64,000 nucleotides of DNA, taken from assembly GCA_021735045.1 (NCBI GenBank), contig JAIPHU010000001.1:4529-68528 (forward strand), written 5' to 3'. This document shows, one piece after another, positions 19,390 through 27,244 of the stretch (positions are counted from its first letter, which is position 1; every line of letters begins with the position of its first letter). Made by a program: the position numbers and the translations under genes. This stretch comes from Candidatus Omnitrophota bacterium. GTDB taxonomy: Bacteria > Omnitrophota > Gorgyraeia > Duberdicusellales > 4484-171. The notes beneath the pieces are model-generated. The model saw nothing but the letters and a program-made list of their open reading frames with translations, was not told the DNA's origin and did not search any database.

Positions 19390-20778
19390 GTTGTTTTTTA
19401 TAAGGTAGGTTTCTATATCTTTTGTAGTTTGAAAATTACCCAGATCTCTCCAAATTGCTTTATTTTCCATGCATAAATAAATCGGTGTTTTTTGATCAAA
19501 CCTCTTGATCTCTCTGGTTATCTTCTTATAAATTATTTTTCGTAAAAACTCAGGATATCTTAGTTTTTTATCCTTGCCAATTAACAGTTCCCCATAAAAA
19601 ATATTGCTTTTGGGGAAGCGTTGTTCAACTATTGGTTTAAGTTGCCGGTTAGAGCGAAGCGTGCCTAAACTTATCCAGGCAAAAGGTGGTTTAAGTTTAG
19701 CATAGAGTAACTGGATTAACTTTTTATAATCTTTTTCCCAATTTTTATAATAGATAATAGGGTCAAAATGAAAAGCTAACTTAAAACCTATATCTTGTAT
19801 TTTTTTTGCAGCTGTTAATCTTTCTTGGAGTGAAGCGGCGCCTTTTTCTTCAAATTTAATAATTTTTTCAGGATTAAGAGACCAGGAGATAATTATATTT
19901 GAAACTGGTTTTTGGGTTAGTATATTTTCAATTTTGTTACTTTTTGTTTTTAACTCAAATAAGACATTTTTATTTTTAAAATATGAGATAAGTTCAGTAG
20001 AATAGTTGGTTATATGATCTAGAGCTAGGGAGTCGCAAAACTCACCGGTGCCAATTCGGATTGGCCTATCTATTTTCTTTCTAAACTTATCAAATTGTCG
20101 AAAAAAATCTGTTAAATTTGCGGGTAAAATTATACCAGCAGAATTTGTGTATTGTTGTAGGTAACAATAGGAACAATCAAAAGGACAGCCAAAACCAAGA
20201 TTAAATATCCAATAACCGCAGCCAAGATGGCCTTTTGTACAAGGGCAGGGTTTTAGAAAGTCCCGATTTTCTTCTACAATAAAAACAAAAGGTTTTTTTA
20301 GTTCAGATAGCCTAAATTTATTATTTTTAATGTAGTCTTTTAAAGAAGATATTTGTTTTATTTTTAAGTTGGGAAAATGTTTTTGAAAGTTGTCGATTAA
20401 ATAAGTTCCTTTTGTTTTTTTCTCAAAAAATAAAGTAGTTGGCCTAAAGGTATCTTTAACAGTCCAGTTGTCTTTGAGAGGGGCCTGCAGTTTATTTAAA
20501 AATATTTTTTTTCGATCAATATTTTTGTATGTAGAAGTTAAAGGAAAGCGAAGCTTAACTAAACAATCTTTAAGAGCAAAGAACTTATTTCTTCCTGTTT
20601 GCCTATCAACTTTTGAATTTGTTTTTAAGTAGTTGATAATTTTAGGTGTTGATATATTTTGTCTGCGGCTGATTTCAAAAATAAGTCTTTTTATATCTTG
20701 GTATTGATTTTGGTTTAACTGAAACGCAAATGTTTTTTCCAATTCTTCTTTTAAAGTTTTATCTATATAATTTTTCAT
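19384..20778 (-). CDS. Radical SAM protein of the spore-photoproduct-lyase (SplB) family with an N-terminal extension of about 120 aa
   Basis: The radical-SAM motif GCPFDCSYCYLQ (CX3CX2C) followed by YCYLQ resembles the SPL-family CxxxCxYCYL motif. The later ASLQERLTAAKK..GF region is SPL-like. Assignment made from memory of SplB sequences. Confidence 0.5.
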   Translation of the reverse strand: MKNYIDKTLKEELEKTFAFQLNQNQYQDIKRLIFEISRRQNISTPKIINYLKTNSKVDRQTGRNKFFALKDCLVKLRFPLTSTYKNIDRKKIFLNKLQAPLKDNWTVKDTFRPTTLFFEKKTKGTYLIDNFQKHFPNLKIKQISSLKDYIKNNKFRLSELKKPFVFIVEENRDFLKPCPCTKGHLGCGYWIFNLGFGCPFDCSYCYLQQYTNSAGIILPANLTDFFRQFDKFRKKIDRPIRIGTGEFCDSLALDHITNYSTELISYFKNKNVLFELKTKSNKIENILTQKPVSNIIISWSLNPEKIIKFEEKGAASLQERLTAAKKIQDIGFKLAFHFDPIIYYKNWEKDYKKLIQLLYAKLKPPFAWISLGTLRSNRQLKPIVEQRFPKSNIFYGELLIGKDKKLRYPEFLRKIIYKKITREIKRFDQKTPIYLCMENKAIWRDLGNFQTTKDIETYLIKNNL

Positions 20779-21604
20779 ATTTGTTTAAAAGGTTTCTATA
20801 TTTTTTGGCTTCTTTAGTTTTTTTTCTTAAAGTTGCGCCTTTTATATAGATTAAGCATTTGTTTTGTAGTTGCTGGTAGGCTGTTTGATATTGCTCTTTT
20901 TTTAAATTTTTAGTCTGAAGAATTTTATCTAAAGCATAAATTCTGAACTTATCTAGAGCTGGATATTTTTTAGATTGTTGATCTTTGTGCCCGCCTTCTT
21001 TTATGGTTAGGGTTTCTGGGATAAGGCATACCGGATATTGTGAGGTTGCCCTTAACCAAAAATCATAATCTTCGCAAGCTAATAAGTTTTGATCAAAATT
21101 ACCGATTTGGCTAAAAATATCTTTTTTGATTACAGCAGTAGAGATACTAACAGAACATAATCTAGCTGCATTTTCAAATATAAATCCGTCTGGTTTTTTA
21201 TGTTCTTTTTTTTGACTAAGGAGTTTACCATTTCTATACCAGATTTCTTTACTATGGAAGATTTTATAATCGGGATTTTTTTTTATGTATTTATAACTAA
21301 TTATTAATTTATCGGTACGGAATCTGTCATCTGAATCTAGAAAACAGATAAACTTTCCTTTAGCTTTGGTTATACCTAAGTTTCTTGCTGATGCGGGGCC
21401 TTTGTTTTCTTGGTAGTAGTAATTTAGTTTGGGATTTTTATAATTTTTGATAAGTTTTTTTGTAGAGTCATTTGAGCCGTCATCGACAATGATTAGTTCA
21501 TAGTGAGGGTATGTCTGTTTTAGCACAGAGTCTACTGCTATTTTTAGAAACTGTCTGCGGTTATAGGTAGGAATGATTATGCTAAAAAAAGGTTTTTTAT
21601 CCAT
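20759..21604 (-). CDS. Family 2 glycosyltransferase
   Basis: FSIIIPTYNRRQFLKIAVDSVLKQTYPHYELIIVDDGS and DSDD match the GT-A fold DxD. Start taken at MDKKPFFSII; the ORF track extends it to 21628. Confidence 0.7.
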   Translation of the reverse strand: MDKKPFFSIIIPTYNRRQFLKIAVDSVLKQTYPHYELIIVDDGSNDSTKKLIKNYKNPKLNYYYQENKGPASARNLGITKAKGKFICFLDSDDRFRTDKLIISYKYIKKNPDYKIFHSKEIWYRNGKLLSQKKEHKKPDGFIFENAARLCSVSISTAVIKKDIFSQIGNFDQNLLACEDYDFWLRATSQYPVCLIPETLTIKEGGHKDQQSKKYPALDKFRIYALDKILQTKNLKKEQYQTAYQQLQNKCLIYIKGATLRKKTKEAKKYRNLLNKYEKLYR

Positions 21605-21786
21605 AATAAATTTTGTTAAATAAAACACTAATTGCCTAGACGGTTTGGTTCTTATCTGTATAATTATAACATAATCGTCTTATATGCAAAGATCCGAAGG
21701 ACGATGGATGAAGGACGAAAGGACGAAACGTCCATCTTCCTTTCGTCTGTCGTCTATCAAAACATTGGCATAGCGAGTTAATTATT

Positions 21787-22905
21787 ATGGAAAATTCATT
21801 ATATATTCATATCCCTTTTTGTAGTAAGCGTTGCTATTATTGCGATTTTTATAGTACTATATATCAAAGAGATTTAGCCGAAGCCTTGATCAATGTTTTC
21901 GATCGGCAGATTGAAAATTTTGATTCGGTATTTGATACAGTTTATATTGGTGGAGGAACACCAACAGTATTGACGCTGGATTTGCTAGAAAGGTTGCTTT
22001 TAAAGTTAAAATCAGTAACTAGAGAAGTTAAAGAGTTTACCGTTGAGGCTAATCCGGAGAGCTTGGATGAAGATAAAATCAGTCTATTTCTTGATCATGG
22101 TGTTGATAGAATAAGTATAGGGTGTCAATCTTTTAGTAATCTTAAGTTGAATTTTTTAGGTAGAGCCCATTCAGTTAAGCAAGCTATAAGCTCAATAGAG
22201 AAAGCTAAAAAGAAAGGTTTCGATAATATAAGTATAGATTTAATCTACGGACTGCCGATTGAGTCTTATAAGTTATGGCAAGAAGATTTTGTTAAAGCTA
22301 CCAAGTTTCCTGTGACTCATATATCTGCTTATATGTTAACCTATGAGAAAGGTACTTGTTTATCTAGGAGCCTAGAGGCAGGTAAGATTTTATCTTTAAG
22401 TTCAGATAAAGTTGCTTTGATGTATAAACAGATGATAGACTATTTTACCAAGAGTAAGTTTTTTCAATACGAAATATCTAACTTTTCTAAAAAAGGATTT
22501 AAAGCTATCCATAATTCTAGATATTGGGAGAATCAATCTTATATAGGTTTAGGGCCTTCAGCTAGTTCTTATTTTTCAGGAATAAGGCGGCGGAATATCT
22601 CTTCTTTACCTAAATATATAAAGGCCGTAAAAGAAAATACAAAAGTTTGGGAATATTCGGAAAAGCTTTCGCTTGTTGCATCAGCAAAAGAAACAGCTGC
22701 TTTAAAGATAAGGACAATAGAAGGAATAGAGTTTAACTGGTTTAGGCAAAAAACTGGATTTGACTTTTTGAAGCTAGAAAAAGAACCGCTAGCAGCACTG
22801 TTTAATCAAAAGTTAGTCAAATGGGCCAAAGGCGGGAAAAAAGCAATAAAGCTTACTAGAAAGGGTTTTTTGTTTGCTGATACTGTTTCGGCAACTTTCC
22901 TTTAA
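21787..22905 (+). CDS. hemW: Radical SAM heme chaperone HemW / oxygen-independent coproporphyrinogen-III oxidase-like protein
   Basis: IHIPFCSKRCYYCDFYS radical SAM motif plus the HemN C-terminal domain, 372 aa. Confidence 0.75.
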   Translation: MENSLYIHIPFCSKRCYYCDFYSTIYQRDLAEALINVFDRQIENFDSVFDTVYIGGGTPTVLTLDLLERLLLKLKSVTREVKEFTVEANPESLDEDKISLFLDHGVDRISIGCQSFSNLKLNFLGRAHSVKQAISSIEKAKKKGFDNISIDLIYGLPIESYKLWQEDFVKATKFPVTHISAYMLTYEKGTCLSRSLEAGKILSLSSDKVALMYKQMIDYFTKSKFFQYEISNFSKKGFKAIHNSRYWENQSYIGLGPSASSYFSGIRRRNISSLPKYIKAVKENTKVWEYSEKLSLVASAKETAALKIRTIEGIEFNWFRQKTGFDFLKLEKEPLAALFNQKLVKWAKGGKKAIKLTRKGFLFADTVSATFL

Positions 22906-23044
22906 TAAGGCATTTTGCAGACGTCCTACTTTTAGCCATTTAGGTACACCCTATAAATCTGCAAAATCTGCAAGAAAAAAGAGATTAAAAGTTACTACCT
23001 TTGAGGTGGGAACTAAAGATTATGAAAATTTTTTCTTTTTTTTC

Positions 23045-23072
23045 TTGACAAAAGTCTCTTTTATAGTATTAT
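23045..23072 (+). promoter_or_regulatory. Candidate promoter for tRNA-Thr/rpmG/tRNA-Trp/secE-nusG: TTGACA-16nt-TATTAT
   Basis: Consensus -35 TTGACA and a -10-like TATTAT about 80 nt upstream of tRNA-Thr, inside a spurious 78-aa ORF. Confidence 0.3.
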
Positions 23073-23151
23073 CGAAAGGTCAGTTCTTGCAATATAGATC
23101 TGTTTTTTAAAATTATTTATCTGCTTTTGGCGAAAAACATCCCGCTATCGC

Positions 23152-23223
23152 GCCTGGATAGCTCAGGGGTAGAGCGCGTCCTTGGTAAGGACGAGGCCAT
23201 GGGTTCAACTCCCATTCCAGGCT
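23152..23223 (+). tRNA. tRNA-Thr (anticodon GGT)
   Basis: Cloverleaf folded by hand: acceptor GCCTGGA/TCCAGGC, D-arm GCTC-AGGGGTA-GAGC, anticodon arm CGTCC-TTGGTAA-GGACG, T-arm ATGGG-TTCAACT-CCCAT. Confidence 0.85.
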
Positions 23224-23339
23224 TAGAAGAAGGCGGGATGGGAACTTGAGAAGTTAAAAGTAGGCCTAAAAATTAGAAAGAACCAAAAAAATGACGGGGG
23301 GATTTTAGACCCTAAATTTTTGTATTTTCATAACTTATT

Positions 23340-23495
23340 ATGAGAGAATTAATTGCATTAAGATGTACAAGTTGTAAGCGTAAGAATTATTACACAACTA
23401 AGAACAAAAGGTTGCATCCTGAGAAGTTTTCTATAAAAAAATATTGTCCTTTTGAACGTAAACATATTCTTCATAAAGAAGCAAAGCCTAAATAG
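23340..23495 (+). CDS. rpmG: 50S ribosomal protein L33 (51 aa, below the ORF-track cutoff)
   Basis: Translates to [51 protein letters not shown], with C-x2-C...C-x-F-E zinc-ribbon L33. The TAG stop overlaps the first 2 nt of tRNA-Trp. Confidence 0.75.
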   Translation: MRELIALRCTSCKRKNYYTTKNKRLHPEKFSIKKYCPFERKHILHKEAKPK

Positions 23496-23567
23496 GCGAG
23501 TAGCTCAATTGGCTAGAGCACCGGTCTCCAAAACCGGGGGTTGTAGGTTCAACTCCTACCTCGCCTG
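23494..23567 (+). tRNA. tRNA-Trp (anticodon CCA)
   Basis: Acceptor AGGCGAG/CTCGCCT, D-arm GCTC-AATTGGCTA-GAGC, anticodon arm CCGGT-CTCCAAA-ACCGG, T-arm GTAGG-TTCAACT-CCTAC, 74 nt. Canonical position before secE-nusG. Confidence 0.85.
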
Positions 23568-23799
23568 TGTTATATTTGGAGATAAAAATAAATGTTCTTT
23601 TTAAAATGACAGGTAGAGATAAAGTAGCTGTTGGAACAAAATAAAAGCAGTTTAGCTATACAGGAAGCTCCGGCTTCGCCGGAGATTTGTTACAACTCTC
23701 CCGACGTCCTGATTATTTTTGGAAAAATAATCAGAAGTCGGGATCCCGACCGAACACGGGGTGTGAGCGTCGGGACTACCTCGCCTGCGGTGATTAATT

Positions 23800-23828
23800 C
23801 GCATAGCGCTAAGCGCTTTGCGCTGTGC
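23800..23828. repeat. GCGC-rich REP-like palindrome, copy 2 (GCATAGCGCTAAGCGCTTTGCGCTGTGC)
   Basis: Reverse-complement match to 7380-7410. Lies at the 3' end of the structured tRNA-Trp/secE spacer. Confidence 0.45.
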
Positions 23829-23858
23829 AAAAACTAGTTATTGGATGTTTAATCTATT

Positions 23859-24053
23859 ATGATAAAAAAAATTAAAGGTATCCCAAAGTTTTTTAAACAA
23901 GTACGAGAAGAGATGGAAAAGGTTCATTGGTCTTCTCGCCGTGAGATTATCTCGGCTAGCTTAATCGTAATAGTTGTAGCTGGGCTTTTAACTGTTTATA
24001 TTTGGGGGGTTGATTTAGGTTTTTCTAAGTTAATTCAACTATTTTTAGGATAA
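23859..24053 (+). CDS. secE: Preprotein translocase subunit SecE
   Basis: 64 aa with a single C-terminal TM helix and the conserved EMEKVHWSSRREI motif. Precedes nusG. Confidence 0.8.
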   Translation: MIKKIKGIPKFFKQVREEMEKVHWSSRREIISASLIVIVVAGLLTVYIWGVDLGFSKLIQLFLG

Positions 24054-24060
24054 TTTTAAA

Positions 24061-24588
24061 ATGCATAAATGGTATATTGTTCATACTTTAAGCGGTGCTG
24101 AAGAAAAAGCCAAGTGGAATCTAGAAGCAAAGATTAACTCTCATGACTATGGGAACTTAATTGATAAGATAGTCATACCGAAAGAACAGGTGACTGAAGT
24201 AAAGTTTGGAAAAAAGAAAGTGCTTGAGAGGAAGTTTTTTCCGGGTTATATCTTAGTTCATATGGAGATGAGCAAGGATAGTTGGCTTTTTGTAAAAAAT
24301 ACACCCGGGATTACAACTTTTATTGGCCCGCGGAAAAAACCTTCACCTATATCTGAAAAAGAGGTTGAACAGATTTTAAGTAAGGCCAAAGAAAGTGAGG
24401 CAAAGCCTGCGCCGAAGGTTAATTTTGAAAAAGGGGAAAGTGTGCGGGTTGGAGAAGGGCCTTTTGTTAATTTTACTGGTGTAGTAGAAGAAGTTTATCC
24501 CACAAAAGGAAAACTAAAAGTAAGTGTTTCCATTTTTGGCAGAACTACTCCTGTTGAGTTAGAGTTTTGGCAGGTGGAAAAAATATAG
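24061..24588 (+). CDS. nusG: Transcription termination/antitermination factor NusG
   Basis: KWYIVHTLSGAEEKAK NGN domain and C-terminal KOW (GESVRVGEGPFVNFTGVVEEV). Confidence 0.9.
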   Translation: MHKWYIVHTLSGAEEKAKWNLEAKINSHDYGNLIDKIVIPKEQVTEVKFGKKKVLERKFFPGYILVHMEMSKDSWLFVKNTPGITTFIGPRKKPSPISEKEVEQILSKAKESEAKPAPKVNFEKGESVRVGEGPFVNFTGVVEEVYPTKGKLKVSVSIFGRTTPVELEFWQVEKI

Positions 24589-24594
24589 ATGAAA

Positions 24595-24704
24595 TCATCT
24601 ACGAATGTAGATAATCATCACCGAATATACGAATGATATTACAAATTTTCCTACATTCGTAATTGATTCGTAGGTTCGATGATTATCTTTGTAAATTCGT
24701 TGAT
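24595..24704 (+). repeat. TACGAAT-rich palindromic intergenic element, copy 2 (upstream of rplK)
   Basis: Bounded by ATCATCTACGAATG ... ATTCGTTGAT, with internal inverted pairs GATAATCATC/GATGATTATC and CTACGAATGTAG/CTACATTCGTA. Shares the TTACAAAT core with the other copies. Confidence 0.5.
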
Positions 24705-24721
24705 AAAAAAGAGGATGTAAC

Positions 24722-25165
24722 ATGGCTAAGAAGAAAAAGAAGAAACAACCTGTAGGACAAATTAAGTTACAGATTCCGGCTGGAAGCGCTAATCCTGCAC
24801 CTCCGGTTGGCCCGGCTTTAGGCCAGCATGGGGTAAATATTATGGAATTTTGTAAATCTTTTAACGAAGCAACTAAACAAAAAGAAGGAATAGTGGTTCC
24901 GGTTGTAATTAGTGTATATAAAGACAGAAGTTTTGATTTTATAGTTAAAAGTCCGCCGGTTGCTTTTTTGCTTAAAAGAGCTGCTAATTTAGCAAAAGCT
25001 TCACCAGAAGCTGGTAAACAAATTATTGGTGAAGTTAAAAGATCAGCTGTTGAAGAGATTGCTAAAGAAAAACTAACAGATCTAAACACAACTGATATAA
25101 AACAAGCAATGAAAATAATTGAAGGTACGGCTAGAAGCTGTGGAATCAAAGTTGTGGGAGGATAA
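24722..25165 (+). CDS. rplK: 50S ribosomal protein L11
   Basis: [39 protein letters not shown] is the L11 signature. Confidence 0.9.
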   Translation: MAKKKKKKQPVGQIKLQIPAGSANPAPPVGPALGQHGVNIMEFCKSFNEATKQKEGIVVPVVISVYKDRSFDFIVKSPPVAFLLKRAANLAKASPEAGKQIIGEVKRSAVEEIAKEKLTDLNTTDIKQAMKIIEGTARSCGIKVVGG

Positions 25166-25846
25166 ATGAGCGCTGGTAAAACTTATAAAAAAAGATTAGA
25201 GTTGATCGATAAAGAAAAGGCTTATTCGGTGGAGGAAGCTGTAGATATTATAAAGTCTTACTCTGCTATAGGGTTTGATGAAACGATTGAAGCCAGCGGC
25301 AAGTTAGGGATTGATCCTAAGGATTCAGAACAGATAATAAGAGGCGCAGTTGTTTTACCTCACGGTACTGGCAAAGAAAGTAAAGTTTTGGTATTTTGTG
25401 GTTCCGATAAAGAAGCAGAAGCTAAAGAAGCCGGAGCCGATTACATTGGCAATGATCAGATAATAGAAAAAATATCCAAAAAAGGCTGGGTTGATTTTGA
25501 TTATTGTATTTCCACACCGGCTATGATGAAATCAGTCAGTAAATTAGGGAGATTTTTAGGACCGAGAGGCTTAATGCCTTCGACAAAGACAGGTACAGTT
25601 ACTGAAAATGTCTCTCAAGCTGTAGAAGAAGCTAAAAAGGGTAAGGTTAACTTTCGAGCCGATAAGTTAGGCTGTATTCACGCTGGTTTAGGTAAACTAT
25701 CATTTACAAAGGAAGATATTATCGATAATTTAAATACTTTTATTTCAGCAATAGGTGCGGCTCGGCCTCAAAGTTTAAAAGGACAACTTATAAAAACGTT
25801 TTATTTGTCAACTACTATGGGCCCGTCAATTAAGGTAAAACTATAA
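25166..25846 (+). CDS. rplA: 50S ribosomal protein L1
   Basis: 226 aa L1 fold, next in the rplKAJL order. Confidence 0.9.
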   Translation: MSAGKTYKKRLELIDKEKAYSVEEAVDIIKSYSAIGFDETIEASGKLGIDPKDSEQIIRGAVVLPHGTGKESKVLVFCGSDKEAEAKEAGADYIGNDQIIEKISKKGWVDFDYCISTPAMMKSVSKLGRFLGPRGLMPSTKTGTVTENVSQAVEEAKKGKVNFRADKLGCIHAGLGKLSFTKEDIIDNLNTFISAIGAARPQSLKGQLIKTFYLSTTMGPSIKVKL

Positions 25847-25853
25847 TATTATT

Positions 25854-26744
25854 ATGGAAGCAAAAACAATTGGTATAGCGATACGTGAAAATATTATTAA
25901 AAAAGTTCAAGAAAGGGTAAGCAGTTCGTCTGTCTATTTTTTTATTGGGTTTAACAAGGTTAAAGCTTCGGCTTTAAGCGATCTGAGAAATCAATTAAGA
26001 GTGGTGGATAGTTATGTTTTTGTGGCCAAAAACTCTTTAATCAATAAAGCTTTAGAAGATGCTGAATTAGAGAACTTAAAGGATTATTTTCAAGGAGAAA
26101 CAGGAATAATCTCTGTATATAACGAAGATATTGTAAAACCATGTAAAGTAATTGTTGATTTTTCTAAAGAGAATGAAAGCTTTGCTATAAAGGGTGGAAT
26201 AATTGAAGGCAGAAAAATAACAAAAGAGGAGTTAGAGTCTCTAGCTAAACTACCAGGCCGGGAAGTTTTATTAGCCCAGGCTGTTTCTGGTTTAGCTGCG
26301 CCAATAACCGGTTTTGTTGCTTGTCTTAATCAAATAATTTTAAAGTTTGCTTGGGTTATAGAAGAGATTAAAAAAGTTCAAAGCCAAAAGTCCAAAGCCC
26401 AAAGTCAGGATAAGGATAAAGAAAAATCGCAAGAAGAAAAAGCTGCAACCACTGAAACAGGCAAGGATAAGGGAACAGAAAAAAAGGCAGAGAAGCAAGA
26501 AGGAAAGGATAAAGGTTCAAGGTTAAAGGGTAAAGAAAAAGAGGAAGAAGAAAAGGCTGAAGATAAGACTAAAGAGGAAAATAAAAAAGAAGAAGGAAAA
26601 AAAGAAGCCAAAGAAGAGGACAAAACTCGTGAGGAAAAAGTTGAAGAAAAATCTTCTGAGGAAAAGCCTAAAGAAGAACAAGAAGACAAAAAGGAAGATA
26701 AAAGTAAAGAATCTAAAGAAAACAAAGAAGAAAAAGAAAAGTAA
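25854..26744 (+). CDS. rplJ: 50S ribosomal protein L10 with a K/E-rich C-terminal extension of about 120 aa
   Basis: The N-terminal about 175 aa are L10-like. The last about 120 aa are (K/E/D)-rich low complexity (KEKEEEEKAEDKTKEENKKEEGKK...). Confidence 0.8.
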   Translation: MEAKTIGIAIRENIIKKVQERVSSSSVYFFIGFNKVKASALSDLRNQLRVVDSYVFVAKNSLINKALEDAELENLKDYFQGETGIISVYNEDIVKPCKVIVDFSKENESFAIKGGIIEGRKITKEELESLAKLPGREVLLAQAVSGLAAPITGFVACLNQIILKFAWVIEEIKKVQSQKSKAQSQDKDKEKSQEEKAATTETGKDKGTEKKAEKQEGKDKGSRLKGKEKEEEEKAEDKTKEENKKEEGKKEAKEEDKTREEKVEEKSSEEKPKEEQEDKKEDKSKESKENKEEKEK

Positions 26745-26756
26745 GGAGGGTTTGAA

Positions 26757-27134
26757 ATGTCTAAAGTAGAAGATGTTTTGAAAATGGTTGAAGAATTAAC
26801 GGTGTTAGAGTTATCAGAGCTAGTAAAAGCTTGTGAAGAAAAGTTTGATGTAAAAGCAAGTGCTCCAGTAGCCGCAGCTGCTGCACCAGCAGCCGCAGGT
26901 GGCGGTGAAGCTGAAGAGGAACAAACAGAATTTACGGTTAATCTTACCGACGTTGGTTCTAATAAAATAGCTGTGATTAAAGAGATAAGAGCTATTACTG
27001 ATCTTGGCCTTAAAGAGGCAAAAGGATTAGTAGATTCAGCACCGGCTGCTGTAAAAGAAGATCTTCCTAAGGAAGAAGCTGAAAGTATCAAGAAAAAACT
27101 TGAAGAAGCCGGAGCAAAAGTAGAACTGAAATAA
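26757..27134 (+). CDS. rplL: 50S ribosomal protein L7/L12
   Basis: N-terminal dimerization helix, Ala-rich hinge [11 protein letters not shown], and C-terminal domain [20 protein letters not shown]. Confidence 0.9.
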   Translation: MSKVEDVLKMVEELTVLELSELVKACEEKFDVKASAPVAAAAAPAAAGGGEAEEEQTEFTVNLTDVGSNKIAVIKEIRAITDLGLKEAKGLVDSAPAAVKEDLPKEEAESIKKKLEEAGAKVELK

Positions 27135-27140
27135 TTTTTT

Positions 27141-27212
27141 GTTCAATGTTCGACGTGCGACGTTCAACGTTATTTTTATAAAAAATATTAACGTAGAACA
27201 TGGAACATTGAA
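27141..27212 (+). promoter_or_regulatory. Long bipartite hairpin between rplL and rpoB: candidate attenuator or RNase III processing site
   Basis: GTTCAATGTTC pairs perfectly with GAACATTGAAC (11 bp), and inner GTTCAACGTTA pairs with TAACGTAGAAC (10/11), around an AT palindromic loop. There is no U-tract after it. Confidence 0.35.
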
Positions 27213-27244
27213 CGTAGAACAAAAACCAATAAAAGAGGAGATCT

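Noticed and set aside
22874-23110. 78-aa ORF after hemW
   Set aside because: It overlaps the hemW 3' end and the candidate tRNA promoter, and its poly-F/K composition comes from A/T runs. Most likely spurious.
23631-23837. 68-aa + ORF in the tRNA-Trp/secE spacer
   Set aside because: It runs through successive strong RNA hairpins and the REP-like palindrome. It has no Shine-Dalgarno, and its sequence (RSRDPDRTRGVSVGTTSPA) looks like translated GC hairpins. I treat it as a non-coding structured region.
23568-23858. Possibility that the structured spacer is RNase P RNA, SRP RNA, tmRNA or 6S RNA
   Set aside because: It is too short for RNase P and lacks its universally conserved blocks. The GGAAGC stretch matches SRP helix 8 over only 6 nt. 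It has no tRNA-like 3' end or tag ORF for tmRNA. I cannot support any of these assignments without a covariance-model search.
24595-25149. 184-aa minus-strand ORF antisense to rplK, and similarly 26405..27091 antisense to rplJ/rplL
   Set aside because: Entirely nested in the antisense frame of strongly conserved r-protein genes, with low-complexity composition (S/L/A-rich from the reverse of K/E codons). No RBS or homology signal.
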